A stretch of 64,000 nt of DNA from NCBI GenBank assembly GCA_037308085.1, contig CP147779.1, positions 352,001 to 416,000 on the forward strand. The letters run 5' to 3'. The DNA is from Promethearchaeati archaeon SRVP18_Atabeyarchaeia-1. GTDB lineage: Archaea > Asgardarchaeota > Atabeyarchaeia > Atabeyarchaeales > Atabeyarchaeaceae. The notes under the pieces were generated by a model. It saw nothing but the letters and a program-made list of their open reading frames with translations. It had not been told where the DNA came from and made no database searches. Each line of letters opens with the position of its first letter. Position 1 is the first letter of the stretch. Shown here piece by piece: positions 9,397-19,138 of the stretch. The translations under genes were made by a program, and so were the position numbers.

Positions 9397-10089
9397 GTGT
9401 GTCAGGTGTTGACGTGGAGGAACACTAGGGACAACATACCAGATAACACGTTGAAAGGAACCACAACTGTTGCCCTAACATGCAAGGACGGCGTTGTTCT
9501 CGCAACCGACAGAAGGGCAACCATGGGATACTATGTTGCTTCCAAAACCGCTAGGAAACTCTTCAGAATAGATGAGCACCTCGCTGCCACCATCGCCGGG
9601 TCGGTTGCTGACGCGCAGAGGGTTATGGACTCTTTGCAGGCAGAGACCAATATCTTCAAAGTCAGAGTGGGTGTTCCTATGCGGGTCAAAGCGGCCGCCA
9701 ATCTTCTATCATCTATTCTTTTTGAGGCAAGACTCTTTCCGTATTTGATGGAGGCTGTCGTTGGAGGAATTGATGAAACTGGGCCTCAGCTGTATGCACT
9801 CGATCCCGTAGGCAGCTTGACTACCGAGAAATTCGTTGCAACCGGCAGTGGGGGTCCAATAGCCTATGGATTGCTGGAGGATTCGTATTCTGAAGATCTC
9901 ACCGTGAAAGATGGGATACCGTTAGTCATCAGGGCCATAAGATCGTCGATGGAGAGAGATGCTGCTTCGGGAAATGGATTCGACGTAGCGTACATCACGA
10001 AGTCAACTTATCATGAACTCTCCGAGAGCGAGATCCGGAAAGTCTCTGAAGAGCTCAATGCAAAAAAGAAGAAGGCTCACTCATCCTAG
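9397..10089 (+). CDS. psmB: Proteasome beta subunit
   Basis: Propeptide followed by KG|TTTV, ATDRRAT, GSG and RDAASG. Confidence 0.95.
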   Translation: MCQVLTWRNTRDNIPDNTLKGTTTVALTCKDGVVLATDRRATMGYYVASKTARKLFRIDEHLAATIAGSVADAQRVMDSLQAETNIFKVRVGVPMRVKAAANLLSSILFEARLFPYLMEAVVGGIDETGPQLYALDPVGSLTTEKFVATGSGGPIAYGLLEDSYSEDLTVKDGIPLVIRAIRSSMERDAASGNGFDVAYITKSTYHELSESEIRKVSEELNAKKKKAHSS

Positions 10090-10098
10090 GGTTTTTTT
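10089..10098 (+). terminator. Oligo-T archaeal terminator-like tract after psmB
   Basis: GGTTTTTTT immediately after the stop codon. Confidence 0.4.
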
Positions 10099-10152
10099 CG
10101 AAGATGAGTAGTCTAAGCAGAGAACCACGTACTAGGTCGTCAGAAGGAATGA

Positions 10153-12063
10153 ATGATGCAAACAGATGATGCGTTAAATGACATTAGGCAAACGATAGTC
10201 CAAGGACTACCAACGTCGTCTATGGTCACCAGTGTCGAATTTGAAGGACCAGAGATCGCTGTGTACTCCAAGAACCCGAAAGTCCTGCTTGAGGACGGTG
10301 GATTCGTCAAAGAGCTTGCAAAGAAGCTGAGGAAAAGAATAGTTCTGCGTTTCGATCCCAATGTTCGCACGAAGAAAGAGGATTCAGAGAAGAAGATCAG
10401 AGAGATTGTTCCAACTGAGGCGGAGATAACCAAGATATATTTTGACGAGAATGTCGGAGAAGTGGTAATAGAAGCGAAGAAGCCCGGACTTGTCATCGGT
10501 CGAAACGGCAACACGCTGGGAGAGATAACGAGGCTAACTTACTGGAGACCCTCAGTAGTTAGAACTCCACCTCTTGAATCGAGAACCGTGATGCAGATCT
10601 CGAATATCATGCAGAAGGAGAGCGAAAAACGAAAACAGATATTGAGAGAGGTCGGACAGAGGATCTACCGAATACCCGTCTTCAAGAACGACTGGATACG
10701 AATAATAGCGCTAGGTGGATTCAAAGAAGTGGGGAGAACCGCTATTCTTGTTCAGACGCAGGAGAGCTCCGTGCTGGTTGATTGTGGGGTGAACGTGGGA
10801 AGTTCAGAAAACGCGTTCCCAAAGTTATCCGTAAACGAGTTTAATGTAAACGAACTTGACGCCGTCATAATAACTCACGCTCATATCGATCACTCAGGTT
10901 ACCTGCCTTTCCTGTACAAGTATGGGTACAGGGGACCTGTCTACTGCACGAAAGCCACCAAGAATCTAATGACACTTCTTCAACTGGACTACTTGGATGT
11001 CGCAGAAAAAGAAGGGAAACTCCTGCCCTACAGTCCAAAGGATGTAAAGGAGACCGTCTTGCACACCATTACGCTGGATTACGGGGAAGTAACCGATATT
11101 TCGCCGGACATAAGACTCACGCTTCACAATGCGGGACATATTCTTGGTAGCGCCATGGCCCATCTCCATATAGGAGATGGCTTGTATAACATGGCATACA
11201 CGGGCGACTTCAAGTTCGCCAGAACACGATTGCTTGAACCAGCTAACGTCAACTTCCCGAGACTCGAGACTCTAATCATGGAATCCACTTACGGTGGACA
11301 GAACGATATAATGCCGCCAAGAAACAGGACGGAGGAACAACTCGCAAGGATCATCAGAGAGACTATTGGCAGACGCGGAAGAGTATTGCTTCCTGTGCTA
11401 GCAGTAGGGAGGGCACAGGAACTCATGATCGTCTTGGAAGAACTAATCCGTAGAAGGATCATAGATGAGGTCCCGATATACGTTGATGGAATGACCTCAG
11501 AAGCTACGGCTATACACACAACCCACCCAGAGCTATTAGCCCAAGATCTGAGAGAAAGGATTTTTCACCAGGGCCGCAACCCGTTTCTGGCAGAGTACTT
11601 TGTCAAGGTTGAAAGCGGCGTCGCCAGGCCCGAGATAGCTACAGGAGAACCATGCATCATAATAGCAGCATCGGGCATGTTGACTGGGGGTCCAAGTGTG
11701 GAGTACTTCAGGCTAATGGCAAGCGATGAGAAGAACTGTATGATATTCGTGAGTTACCAAGTTGAAGGAACTCTGGGCCGGAGAGTTCAGAAAGGATGGC
11801 ATGAGATTCCTCTTCCACTCAGGGATGGAAGAACTGAAGTAGTCAAGGTCAACATGAGGGTTGAGACAGTCGAGGGTTTCTCGGGGCACTCAGATCGCAA
11901 GCAGCTTCTTGCCTATGTCCGTCAGGTAACACCAAGACCTGAGAGGATAATCCTATGCCACGGAGAGAGCAGCAAATGCTCAAACTTGGCTTCGGCAATA
12001 CATAATCAGTCGAGAATAGAAACCAAGGTTCCTCAGAACCTTGAGGCAATACGACTAAGATAG
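10153..12063 (+). CDS. Beta-CASP ribonuclease aCPSF1 (FttA)
   Basis: Two N-terminal KH domains, THAHIDH, GHILG, GFSGHSD and CHGE; follows psmB as usual. Confidence 0.95.
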   Translation: MMQTDDALNDIRQTIVQGLPTSSMVTSVEFEGPEIAVYSKNPKVLLEDGGFVKELAKKLRKRIVLRFDPNVRTKKEDSEKKIREIVPTEAEITKIYFDENVGEVVIEAKKPGLVIGRNGNTLGEITRLTYWRPSVVRTPPLESRTVMQISNIMQKESEKRKQILREVGQRIYRIPVFKNDWIRIIALGGFKEVGRTAILVQTQESSVLVDCGVNVGSSENAFPKLSVNEFNVNELDAVIITHAHIDHSGYLPFLYKYGYRGPVYCTKATKNLMTLLQLDYLDVAEKEGKLLPYSPKDVKETVLHTITLDYGEVTDISPDIRLTLHNAGHILGSAMAHLHIGDGLYNMAYTGDFKFARTRLLEPANVNFPRLETLIMESTYGGQNDIMPPRNRTEEQLARIIRETIGRRGRVLLPVLAVGRAQELMIVLEELIRRRIIDEVPIYVDGMTSEATAIHTTHPELLAQDLRERIFHQGRNPFLAEYFVKVESGVARPEIATGEPCIIIAASGMLTGGPSVEYFRLMASDEKNCMIFVSYQVEGTLGRRVQKGWHEIPLPLRDGRTEVVKVNMRVETVEGFSGHSDRKQLLAYVRQVTPRPERIILCHGESSKCSNLASAIHNQSRIETKVPQNLEAIRLR

Positions 12064-12087
12064 GAAGCCAGTCAAACCCGAAATTCG

Positions 12088-12510
12088 TTAGGGTTGCGAT
12101 GTACTCTTTTTATAGATTTTGACGAAAGGCGGTGTTACCACAATATAGTCTTGCCCCAGCTGTGCAATATCGCCACCGATAGTTCTACATACACCCCTCA
12201 GCTGGTCGACAACTCTTCTAAGTTCCCGATTCTGCCCGTACTGCATTCTACCGATATACGCAATCACTATATTGCCCCTCTCCAGCTCGCCCGAAACCTG
12301 CTGGATATTCGACAGGCTTTCAAGATCGACTGACTTGATGTAAATCACATCGGATTCATCTTGATTCACTAGGTCCTTACCCGTCTCGTCTTCTTCGAGC
12401 ACACCAACCTTCTTCTTCAACTCCTCGAGGTCGGTCAACTCCGAGTCTGCCGTGCTCTTCTCACCGTTCTTTTCTTCTCTTCTGCCTCTTAGAAAACGAG
12501 GTAAGGGCAC
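12088..12510 (-). CDS. sepF: Cell-division protein SepF
   Basis: GNIVIA, L.G.C..IGGDIAQ.G..YIVVTP..VKI motifs. GTG start at 12510 preferred because a TATA-like box lies at 12561-12575. Confidence 0.85.
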   Translation of the reverse strand: MPLPRFLRGRREEKNGEKSTADSELTDLEELKKKVGVLEEDETGKDLVNQDESDVIYIKSVDLESLSNIQQVSGELERGNIVIAYIGRMQYGQNRELRRVVDQLRGVCRTIGGDIAQLGQDYIVVTPPFVKIYKKSTSQP

Positions 12511-12591
12511 TAGTAGCCTAACCCCCACGTTCCACTGTGTTTGACCTATGGTCATGCAGCTATTATAACCTTTTCATAAGCAGGCAGCAGG

Positions 12592-13107
12592 TCACGAATT
12601 CTGCGAGACACGATTCTCCAGACTCTTTGAGAAGTCCCAGATGCTATCCCCTACATAATGCACGTTGATGACAACCTTGCCCTGGCTCATCTCCTCCATG
12701 GTCTTTGCATCAACCAGGCTCACGCCTATGCAGATCGGCTTCAGGTTCTTCTCATCAGATACAATGATTACTTGTTTCGACCTTATCGCCGGATCTATGC
12801 CTCGAATGCCACCCCTAAAAACATCGGCCCCATTGCAGATATGAGGCACAGCCTTCATGTCTACGGTTACTCGAGGCAATTGAAGAGCGGATCTTAATAC
12901 GGACACTAGAAGTGGAAACATCTTTCCGTCCTCGCCCACATAGAAAGTGGGTTGACCATCCACTGCGAAGACTTCTCCCTTCTTCGATGAGAAGCCCTCG
13001 ACACGGCAACCGCGTGGAAGCAGGGAATCGCCCAGACCTATTGCACTATCAATTCTGGTTCGCAGATCCTTGATGTCATCTTTCCTGAGAAATCTGCCCA
13101 AGAGCAA
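12592..13107 (-). CDS. PUA-domain RNA-binding protein (DUF1947/MCT-1-like)
   Basis: VDMKAVPHICNGADV..GI and HYVGD.IW motifs. Confidence 0.85.
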   Translation of the reverse strand: MLLGRFLRKDDIKDLRTRIDSAIGLGDSLLPRGCRVEGFSSKKGEVFAVDGQPTFYVGEDGKMFPLLVSVLRSALQLPRVTVDMKAVPHICNGADVFRGGIRGIDPAIRSKQVIIVSDEKNLKPICIGVSLVDAKTMEEMSQGKVVINVHYVGDSIWDFSKSLENRVSQNS

Positions 13108-13387
13108 TCAACTCCATCCCTCTCAAGGGAATCGCCGAAGAACACGGGGAGAGACGAGGAAATAAAGTTTCCATAACACCCTCGCTTGACTTCGGAGACC
13201 CGCATTCTCAGAGAATCGAGCCCTAAAAAGACGATCGTTGGGTGTGCTTCAGCTTGCATCGTTGCTCGAGAGTGCTCACCTCATCGCTCCGCGAATTCGC
13301 AGGATTTCAAAAGGTTTAAATAGTTTGCACATAGCTACTCATGTTGCAACCATAGTTAGTTCCAGCAAAGGTGCGTGCTTAGAGAAT

Positions 13388-13618
13388 ATGAATCAACAGA
13401 GACCACCTGACCTTCTCCAGAGATCACTCGACTCCAATGTCCTAGTTAAGCTGAAGGGTGGCCGTGAAATCCGGGGAAAGCTTCGCGGTTTTGACATGCA
13501 TATGAATCTTGTTTTGGAAGAAGCCGAAGAGATAGTGGATGACAACAACTCAAAGAAGCTCGGAGCGATCGTTGTGAGGGGAGATAACGTGATCATGATA
13601 AGCCCGCCTCCAAGGTGA
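13388..13618 (+). CDS. Sm/Lsm protein
   Basis: Sm1 GKL.GFD.HMNLVL and Sm2 VRGDNV; ATG at 13388. Confidence 0.95.
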   Translation: MNQQRPPDLLQRSLDSNVLVKLKGGREIRGKLRGFDMHMNLVLEEAEEIVDDNNSKKLGAIVVRGDNVIMISPPPR

Positions 13619-13624
13619 CTTTGA

Positions 13625-13810
13625 ATGACAAAAGGTACACCAAGCTTCGGCAAGATGAATCAGAAGGAGCACATAAGATGCCGAAGGTGCGGCCGTAGGG
13701 CCTACCATGTTCGCAAGAAGCGATGTGCTGCATGCGGATACGGCAGATCTAGCAAACTCAGAAGGTACACCTGGCAGACAAAAACCTTGAACAAAGAGAG
13801 ACTCAGATGA
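13625..13810 (+). CDS. rpl37e: 50S ribosomal protein eL37
   Basis: [15 protein letters not shown] and CAACGYG zinc ribbon. Confidence 0.97.
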   Translation: MTKGTPSFGKMNQKEHIRCRRCGRRAYHVRKKRCAACGYGRSSKLRRYTWQTKTLNKERLR

Positions 13811-13922
13811 GATCGTGTACGGTTTAGCAGTATTTATTAGGTGTACAAGATCACAAAGCCAGTGCACACCTCAGAAGAACATTGGACTCTGACGATTGGA
13901 ACCAGAGCAGCAGAATTCTTGT

Positions 13923-14061
13923 GGGCCGGTAGTTTAGTTTGGAAGAATGCCACGTTGGCATCGTGGAGATCCTCCTTCCGAAAAACAGAAGGAGACCACA
14001 AGTCGCGAGTTCAAATCCCGCTTGCAGTCGCTGGCGAGGGAAATTCTCGCCCGGTCCACCA
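13923..14061 (+). tRNA. tRNA-Ala(GGC) with two BHB introns (45/46: 13969-14001; 59/60: 14016-14044), CCA encoded
   Basis: Acceptor GGGCCGG/CCGGTCC with the G3.U70 Ala identity pair; CCACG-TT GGC AT-CGTGG; GCGAG-TTCAAAT-CTCGC after splicing. Confidence 0.93.
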
Positions 14062-14153
14062 CTATTATTCTGTGCAGTATGACCGCATTCTAAGCTAGTT
14101 TAAGGCTTCACCGAAAACGAGAAGCTGGCAAAATGCCTTTCTCAGGCATTGTA

Positions 14154-14350
14154 TGGTGGGCGAGGCCGGATTTGAACCGGCGATTCGGCGCTAAAGGTAT
14201 ACCCGTTTAGCTCCACCGCCGTGTCTACCCAGAGAGTATTTAGATGGCAGTCACGTTGCTGTCTCAGTGCCCAGTTACTCTCCTCAGGGCGGTATCATGA
14301 CCATCCAGAGGTCATCACAGCAGGTGAAGCCTAATCTAGACCACCCGCCC
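14154..14350 (-). tRNA. tRNA-Val(GAC) with three BHB introns (17/18: 14303-14333; 34/35: 14225-14284; 46/47: 14184-14212), CCA encoded
   Basis: Spliced 77-nt cloverleaf: GGGCGGG/CTCGCCC, CCGCC-CT G^AC AC-GGCGG, GCCGG-TTCAAAT-CCGGC. Confidence 0.9.
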
Positions 14351-14541
14351 TTCACGAAAACCCCATAGTCATATCCATATATATTGTTTTTTATCTCCGG
14401 ATTTACTTTGCCCCTTATACCTCTTAGAATGGAGTACACCAATTCAACTAGCTTAATGATGAATAATGGAAGCCAGATAGGGGAATGGAGAGGAACCCTT
14501 ATTTAGGTGACTTAAGAGATTGCTTTCGTCGTTAGAAGAGT

Positions 14542-15027
14542 ATGGGGCCTATTCTATTGTCGATTGTCTTCACTTGGAGGAAAAGAGCTAACATTGGACT
14601 TGCGCTCATGCTCATCGGATTGACAGGTCTTGTGCAGAGTTACGTCGTTTTTAATGCCCAGACGACACTGGGCATAACGGGCATCTATCTTCTGGCCCTT
14701 GTCCCGATTGGGGTTACTCTAGCGCTAAGTGGGGTTGAGCTGTCAGTGGCCGAGACCATCTACAGATGGTCCTATTCTGGCAAAAGGAAGACTTCCAAAT
14801 GGAAGGAGCCTCAGAGGGGTGGTCTCCGCCTCCTCGCGAATAGGATAGAGACGGCTTCCGTATTATCCGCCATACTGGTTCTGACGTTATCATTCTTGTG
14901 TTATTTCTCTGTTCTAGTTGCGTGCGTGGGAACTAGCATCCCCCTTTTCACTAGGTTTGTGCTAGCTGAAAGCGCGTCTATGATCGCAGCTGTCTTCCTA
15001 GGGATTCTTGGACCCAAAATAATCTAA
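14542..15027 (+). CDS. Hypothetical membrane protein (about 4 TM helices)
   Basis: Four hydrophobic segments; no recognised motif. Confidence 0.6.
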   Translation: MGPILLSIVFTWRKRANIGLALMLIGLTGLVQSYVVFNAQTTLGITGIYLLALVPIGVTLALSGVELSVAETIYRWSYSGKRKTSKWKEPQRGGLRLLANRIETASVLSAILVLTLSFLCYFSVLVACVGTSIPLFTRFVLAESASMIAAVFLGILGPKII

Positions 15028-15062
15028 ATGAAGCACTACGATTTTGGGTTCAATTCCGAAGA

Positions 15063-15074
15063 AAAACTTAAAAG
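15063..15074 (+). promoter_or_regulatory. BRE/TATA upstream of tRNA-Phe
   Basis: AAAAACTTAAAAG about 30-40 nt upstream of the tRNA 5' end. Confidence 0.6.
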
Positions 15075-15104
15075 ATGAGCCCTCCGAATATAGGAGTTGC
15101 AGAT

Positions 15105-15276
15105 GCCGCCGTAGCTTAGCCCGGGAGAAATCTTCAGATTCAACCGACAGCGCCGGTCAAGTGGAGAGGATGTCACATCCTCACGTTGGGCGAAACTGAA
15201 GATCCGGTTGTCGCAGGAGGATACTCAGAGAGGGTCGTCTGGTATCCTGCGAGTTCAAATCCCGCCGGCGGCACCA
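15105..15276 (+). tRNA. tRNA-Phe(GAA) with three BHB introns (22/23: 15128-15148; 30/31: 15157-15194; 53/54: 15218-15253), CCA encoded
   Basis: Spliced 77 nt: GCCGCCG/CGGCGGC, CCGGA-CT GAA GA-TCCGG, GCAGG-TTCAAAT-CCCGC (one A.C mismatch). Confidence 0.9.
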
Positions 15277-15434
15277 ATTTATGTGCGATATTTTTAAGAG
15301 TCAGTTCTGTGAACGTTGAATTCCCGCAGAGACACGCGATTGGCGGCGTTGGATCAGTTTTGTCAGACTAATTATGGATTGAGCAGAATGCCTATGGCTT
15401 TTCACGCGGTGCCGGACAGGGTGAAAATGGCAAG

Positions 15435-16832
15435 GTGACTTTTTTGGACGTCGAGGATATTTTCCGGGAATATGACATCCGTGGCGTGTTCAACCAAGAT
15501 TTGACCCCAGAGGTTATTTCAAAGATAGGGGTCGCATTTGGAACTTTTCTTCAGGGATCGGGCGAGGTGGTTGTCGGGAGAGACACTAGGGTAAGTAGCC
15601 AAATATTAGAGTCGATTTTCTCGTCCAGCCTAGCGTCCATGGGCTGCGATGTGACCACGGTCGGCATGGTTCCAATCTCAGTGGTCAATTTTTCTACCTG
15701 GAATAGGAAGCCCAAGGCTGGTGCGGTCGTTACGGCATCGCATAATCCTCCCGAGTATAATGGTCTGAGGTTTAGGCACAGCGACGGAACTGGGTACGTT
15801 AGCGAGAACAAGGCCATTCGTGACCTCTACTTCGGCGGGAGGTTTTTGAAGAAACGATGGAACGAAGTCGGAAGAATCGCCAGTATCGCCTCCAGTGAGA
15901 CCTTGACCAATTACTCAGGTTTTATTCGGGACCGAGTAAGGATTGGTAGGAAGCTAAGGGTTGCTTTAGATCCCGGCAATGGTGCGGCGTGTATTGTAGC
16001 CCCCACGTTGTTTAAAGAATTGGGGTTTGAGGTGTTCGCGATAAACGATAGACCTGACGGAACATTTCCAGGCAGGGATCCCGATCCGAGCGTTGAAGGT
16101 AGAGAAGTTCTAAGCGAGCTTTCTGAACTGGTCGCAAAATCGAAAGCTGATTTCGGCGTTGCCTATGATGGAGATGGAGACAGAGCTGTGTTCGTCGACG
16201 AAGTAGGGGAAAGGGCTATTCCAGAAAAGGTGGCAATACTTTTCGCCAATGAGTATCTGAACAAGGGGAAGAAGAAGATTGTGGCAAACGTATCTTGCTC
16301 CATGATTCTCGAAGACGAACTCTCTAAAGCGGGCGGGGAGGTAATAAGAGTCAGGGTCGGTGACGTCTTCATTACTGAGGCCATAAAGGTCTACAAAGCT
16401 GCTTTTGCCGTCGAGATTTCCAGTCACTTCTATTTCCCCGATTTCTATCCTTTCGACGATGGAATCTTGGCGAGCATCAAGCTAGCTGAAATACTGTCAC
16501 ATTCACACGAGGCTTTTTCAGAATACCTAAGGAAAATTAGGACCTACCCGAGCCTTAGGGAAAACGTAGAATGCCCTGACAGAATCAAGTTCAAGGTTAT
16601 TGAAATCATCAAAGAGAAGTACCAGAATGAGGGCTACAAGATCGACCTTGTTGATGGTATCCGCGTCGTCATGAGCGAAGGTTGGGGTCTCGTGAGGCAA
16701 TCCAACACTGAGCCGAAGATAAGGATCACTGTTGAGGGTCGCACCAAGGAGGCAAGCGAAAGATTATTATCTAAATTCAAGTTCGATGTAGCGAATGCCA
16801 TAAAGAAGATTGGAGGACTGCCACCGGCCTAA
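15435..16832 (+). CDS. Phosphomannomutase/phosphoglucomutase
   Basis: FREYDIRG, TASHNP, DGDGDR and R.SNTEP motifs. Confidence 0.93.
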   Translation: MTFLDVEDIFREYDIRGVFNQDLTPEVISKIGVAFGTFLQGSGEVVVGRDTRVSSQILESIFSSSLASMGCDVTTVGMVPISVVNFSTWNRKPKAGAVVTASHNPPEYNGLRFRHSDGTGYVSENKAIRDLYFGGRFLKKRWNEVGRIASIASSETLTNYSGFIRDRVRIGRKLRVALDPGNGAACIVAPTLFKELGFEVFAINDRPDGTFPGRDPDPSVEGREVLSELSELVAKSKADFGVAYDGDGDRAVFVDEVGERAIPEKVAILFANEYLNKGKKKIVANVSCSMILEDELSKAGGEVIRVRVGDVFITEAIKVYKAAFAVEISSHFYFPDFYPFDDGILASIKLAEILSHSHEAFSEYLRKIRTYPSLRENVECPDRIKFKVIEIIKEKYQNEGYKIDLVDGIRVVMSEGWGLVRQSNTEPKIRITVEGRTKEASERLLSKFKFDVANAIKKIGGLPPA

Positions 16833-16976
16833 CGCAAACAGGTGTGTGCGACGCCTCAAATCCTGCCTAGGCCCAAAGGAATAATCAAAGAAAGGGCTAT
16901 ATAGTGAAACCCTATTATGCCAATGGCAATCCACTTTCCAATGGTAGTCTACGAATGATAGAGGTGAAGTCATGAA

Positions 16977-17381
16977 TTGCCAAAAGCCTTCACATTCAGA
17001 GGCCTTTCAGTAGAAGAGCTGGAGAAACTGCCAATGGATGAGTTCGCGAAGCTCCTTCCATCTCGTCAGAGAAGAAGCTTATCACGAGGTCTTCCACCCA
17101 GACACAAGAAGTTGCTTGAGAATCTGAGACGCGCGCATAGAGCGCTTAGGAAAGGCAAGAAGGTGACTGTCAGAACCCACGATAGGGACATGGTCATACT
17201 CCCTGAGATGGTTGAGGTGAGCGTGTCAATCTACAATGGAAAGGAGTTCATCCCCATCGAGATAAGGCCCGAGATGATAGGACACTATCTTGGAGAGTAC
17301 TCGCCTCCCTGCAAGAAAGTCTCACATGGCAACCCAGGCATAGGTGCAACCAAGTCCTCAGCTTACGTACCACTCAAGTAA
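16977..17381 (+). CDS. rps19: 30S ribosomal protein uS19
   Basis: RTH.RDMVILPEM and GHYLGE motifs. Confidence 0.97.
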   Translation: MPKAFTFRGLSVEELEKLPMDEFAKLLPSRQRRSLSRGLPPRHKKLLENLRRAHRALRKGKKVTVRTHDRDMVILPEMVEVSVSIYNGKEFIPIEIRPEMIGHYLGEYSPPCKKVSHGNPGIGATKSSAYVPLK

Positions 17382-17539
17382 AGATCAGAGCTTACAAGTC
17401 GTATTTATGCAGATGCGATTGGTTTATATACTTATTAGAGGTCTCAAAACTCTGCAATTGGAATTGGATTTGTTCAGCCAGTGGTGCCTTCGAGCCACTA
17501 CTACTTCGGGACGAAATACTGGTGAGATGAAAGCCTAAA

Positions 17540-18016
17540 ATGCCAAGTTATGGATACTCAATAATGGGGGTAGACCCAGACAAAACCGTGAAGGCCAGTG
17601 GACGGGATCTACGTATCTCACCCAAGAAAACGGCAGAAGTCTGCAGGGAATTGAACGGAATGAAGCTTGAAGAAGCTAGAGGAATGCTTGAAGAAGTCGT
17701 CAGCATGACCAGAATGATGCCGTTTCGCCGACATAAGAAGAAGCTTGGCCACCATGCCAACAAACTTAGGGAATACAAGTGGTTTGCTGGCGGTTATCCT
17801 GTTAAGGTTGCGACGCGTATCCTAGCGATCCTGAAGAATGCTGAGAGTAACGCTGACTACAAGGGACTTGATGTCGATAGACTCAAGATTATCCATGCCT
17901 CGGTTGATCTGGGACCAAAACTGAGGAGGTTTACGCCCAGGGCTTTTGGCAGAAGTTCGCCGAAATACGAGCAGCTCACAAGAGTCCAAGTGGTCCTCGA
18001 AGAAATGCCAGAGTAG
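17540..18016 (+). CDS. rpl22: 50S ribosomal protein uL22
   Basis: ISPKK..EVC and PRAFGR motifs. Confidence 0.97.
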   Translation: MPSYGYSIMGVDPDKTVKASGRDLRISPKKTAEVCRELNGMKLEEARGMLEEVVSMTRMMPFRRHKKKLGHHANKLREYKWFAGGYPVKVATRILAILKNAESNADYKGLDVDRLKIIHASVDLGPKLRRFTPRAFGRSSPKYEQLTRVQVVLEEMPE

Positions 18017-18031
18017 AGGTCGAATTCTGAT

Positions 18032-18910
18032 TTGCCCATAAAAACTCATTTCGTGCTGAAGGGTCTGCAGAGAGTTCGCGTAGACGAATACCTTGAAAGG
18101 GAACTCAAGAGAGCTGGGTACGGTGGAGTTGATATTCAAAAAACACCGTTAGGAACGAGGTTTACCATTTATGCCACGAGACCTGGTTTTGTAATCGGGA
18201 GAAGAGGGAAGACTGTGCGTGAACTCACTGAATCTTTGAAGCAAGCTTTCGCAGTCGATAACCCTCAGATTGAAGTTGCAGAGGTTGAGATTCCAGAGTT
18301 TGACGCAAAGATAATGGCAAGCAAGCTTGCCTCATCCCTTGAGCGCGGATTTCAGTATAGAAGGGCAGTTTACTCGGTGCTGAGAAGAATAATGGAGGCC
18401 GGCGCTAAGGGAACTGAGATTACTATTAGCGGTAAACTTTCGAGCCAGCGTGCTCGTTACCAGAAGTTCAAGGACGGCGTCGTCACCAAAAGTGGCGAGC
18501 CAGTCAAAACCTTCGTCAGAGAGGCCACATCTCCCGCCTTCATGAAGCCTGGTGTGATGGGAGTAAGAGTTGTGATAATGCTTCCGGGCGAGCTACCTGA
18601 TAAGATAAAGGTCAAGTACCCTGAAATAGTCCAGCCCGCCGCCCAACCTCCGGCCGCCAAGCCAGAACTTCCTAAGGAAGAGGCCCCCAAGACTCAGGAG
18701 ACAATAGTCAATACTGAAACAAAACCGACTGGAATCGGTCCGGAGGAAATCAAAGAAGGAAAAGCCGTCACTGAGATCAGAGAGACCCAGCCACTGCAGG
18801 AACCAGAAAAGGCAGCTCAAGAGGCTGCGAAAGAACCCAGCGGGAAGAAACCTCGAGAAAAGAAGGAATCGAAGAAGAGTGGGAGAAAGAAGGAGAAGAA
18901 GGGGAAGTAG
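18032..18910 (+). CDS. rps3: 30S ribosomal protein uS3 with long P/E/K-rich C-terminal tail
   Basis: KH domain PGFVIGRRG and GAKG.EI.ISGKL. Confidence 0.97.
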   Translation: MPIKTHFVLKGLQRVRVDEYLERELKRAGYGGVDIQKTPLGTRFTIYATRPGFVIGRRGKTVRELTESLKQAFAVDNPQIEVAEVEIPEFDAKIMASKLASSLERGFQYRRAVYSVLRRIMEAGAKGTEITISGKLSSQRARYQKFKDGVVTKSGEPVKTFVREATSPAFMKPGVMGVRVVIMLPGELPDKIKVKYPEIVQPAAQPPAAKPELPKEEAPKTQETIVNTETKPTGIGPEEIKEGKAVTEIRETQPLQEPEKAAQEAAKEPSGKKPREKKESKKSGRKKEKKGK

Positions 18911-18916
18911 TTATCA

Positions 18917-19132
18917 ATGGCGATACTCCGCATGAAGGAGATTAGGGGATTAACCCCCGCGGAAAGAGGGAAGAAGCTTGATGAGCTCAGGGCCGAGCTA
19001 ACAAGATCAAGAGCACTTCGGACAGGGGGAGGGACTGTAGAGAGCCCTGGCAGAATAAAGGAGATACGCAGAGCAATAGCCAGGATATTGACTGTGAATA
19101 GGGAAGCAGAACCTGTAGCCAAAGGGGGATGA
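18917..19132 (+). CDS. rpl29: 50S ribosomal protein uL29
   Basis: MAILRMKEIR and RRAIARILTV. Confidence 0.96.
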   Translation: MAILRMKEIRGLTPAERGKKLDELRAELTRSRALRTGGGTVESPGRIKEIRRAIARILTVNREAEPVAKGG

Positions 19133-19138
19133 CACAGG

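Noticed and set aside
13108-13387. RNase P RNA or SRP RNA near lsm-rpl37e
   Set aside because: Neither the GAGGAAAGUCC P4 signature nor the SRP helix-8 motif was seen.
14303-14333. GTGATGA (box C) in the Val D-loop intron as an intron-encoded C/D guide
   Set aside because: No matching box D or guide region within the intron; the motif is explained by the TCAC/GTGA hairpin.
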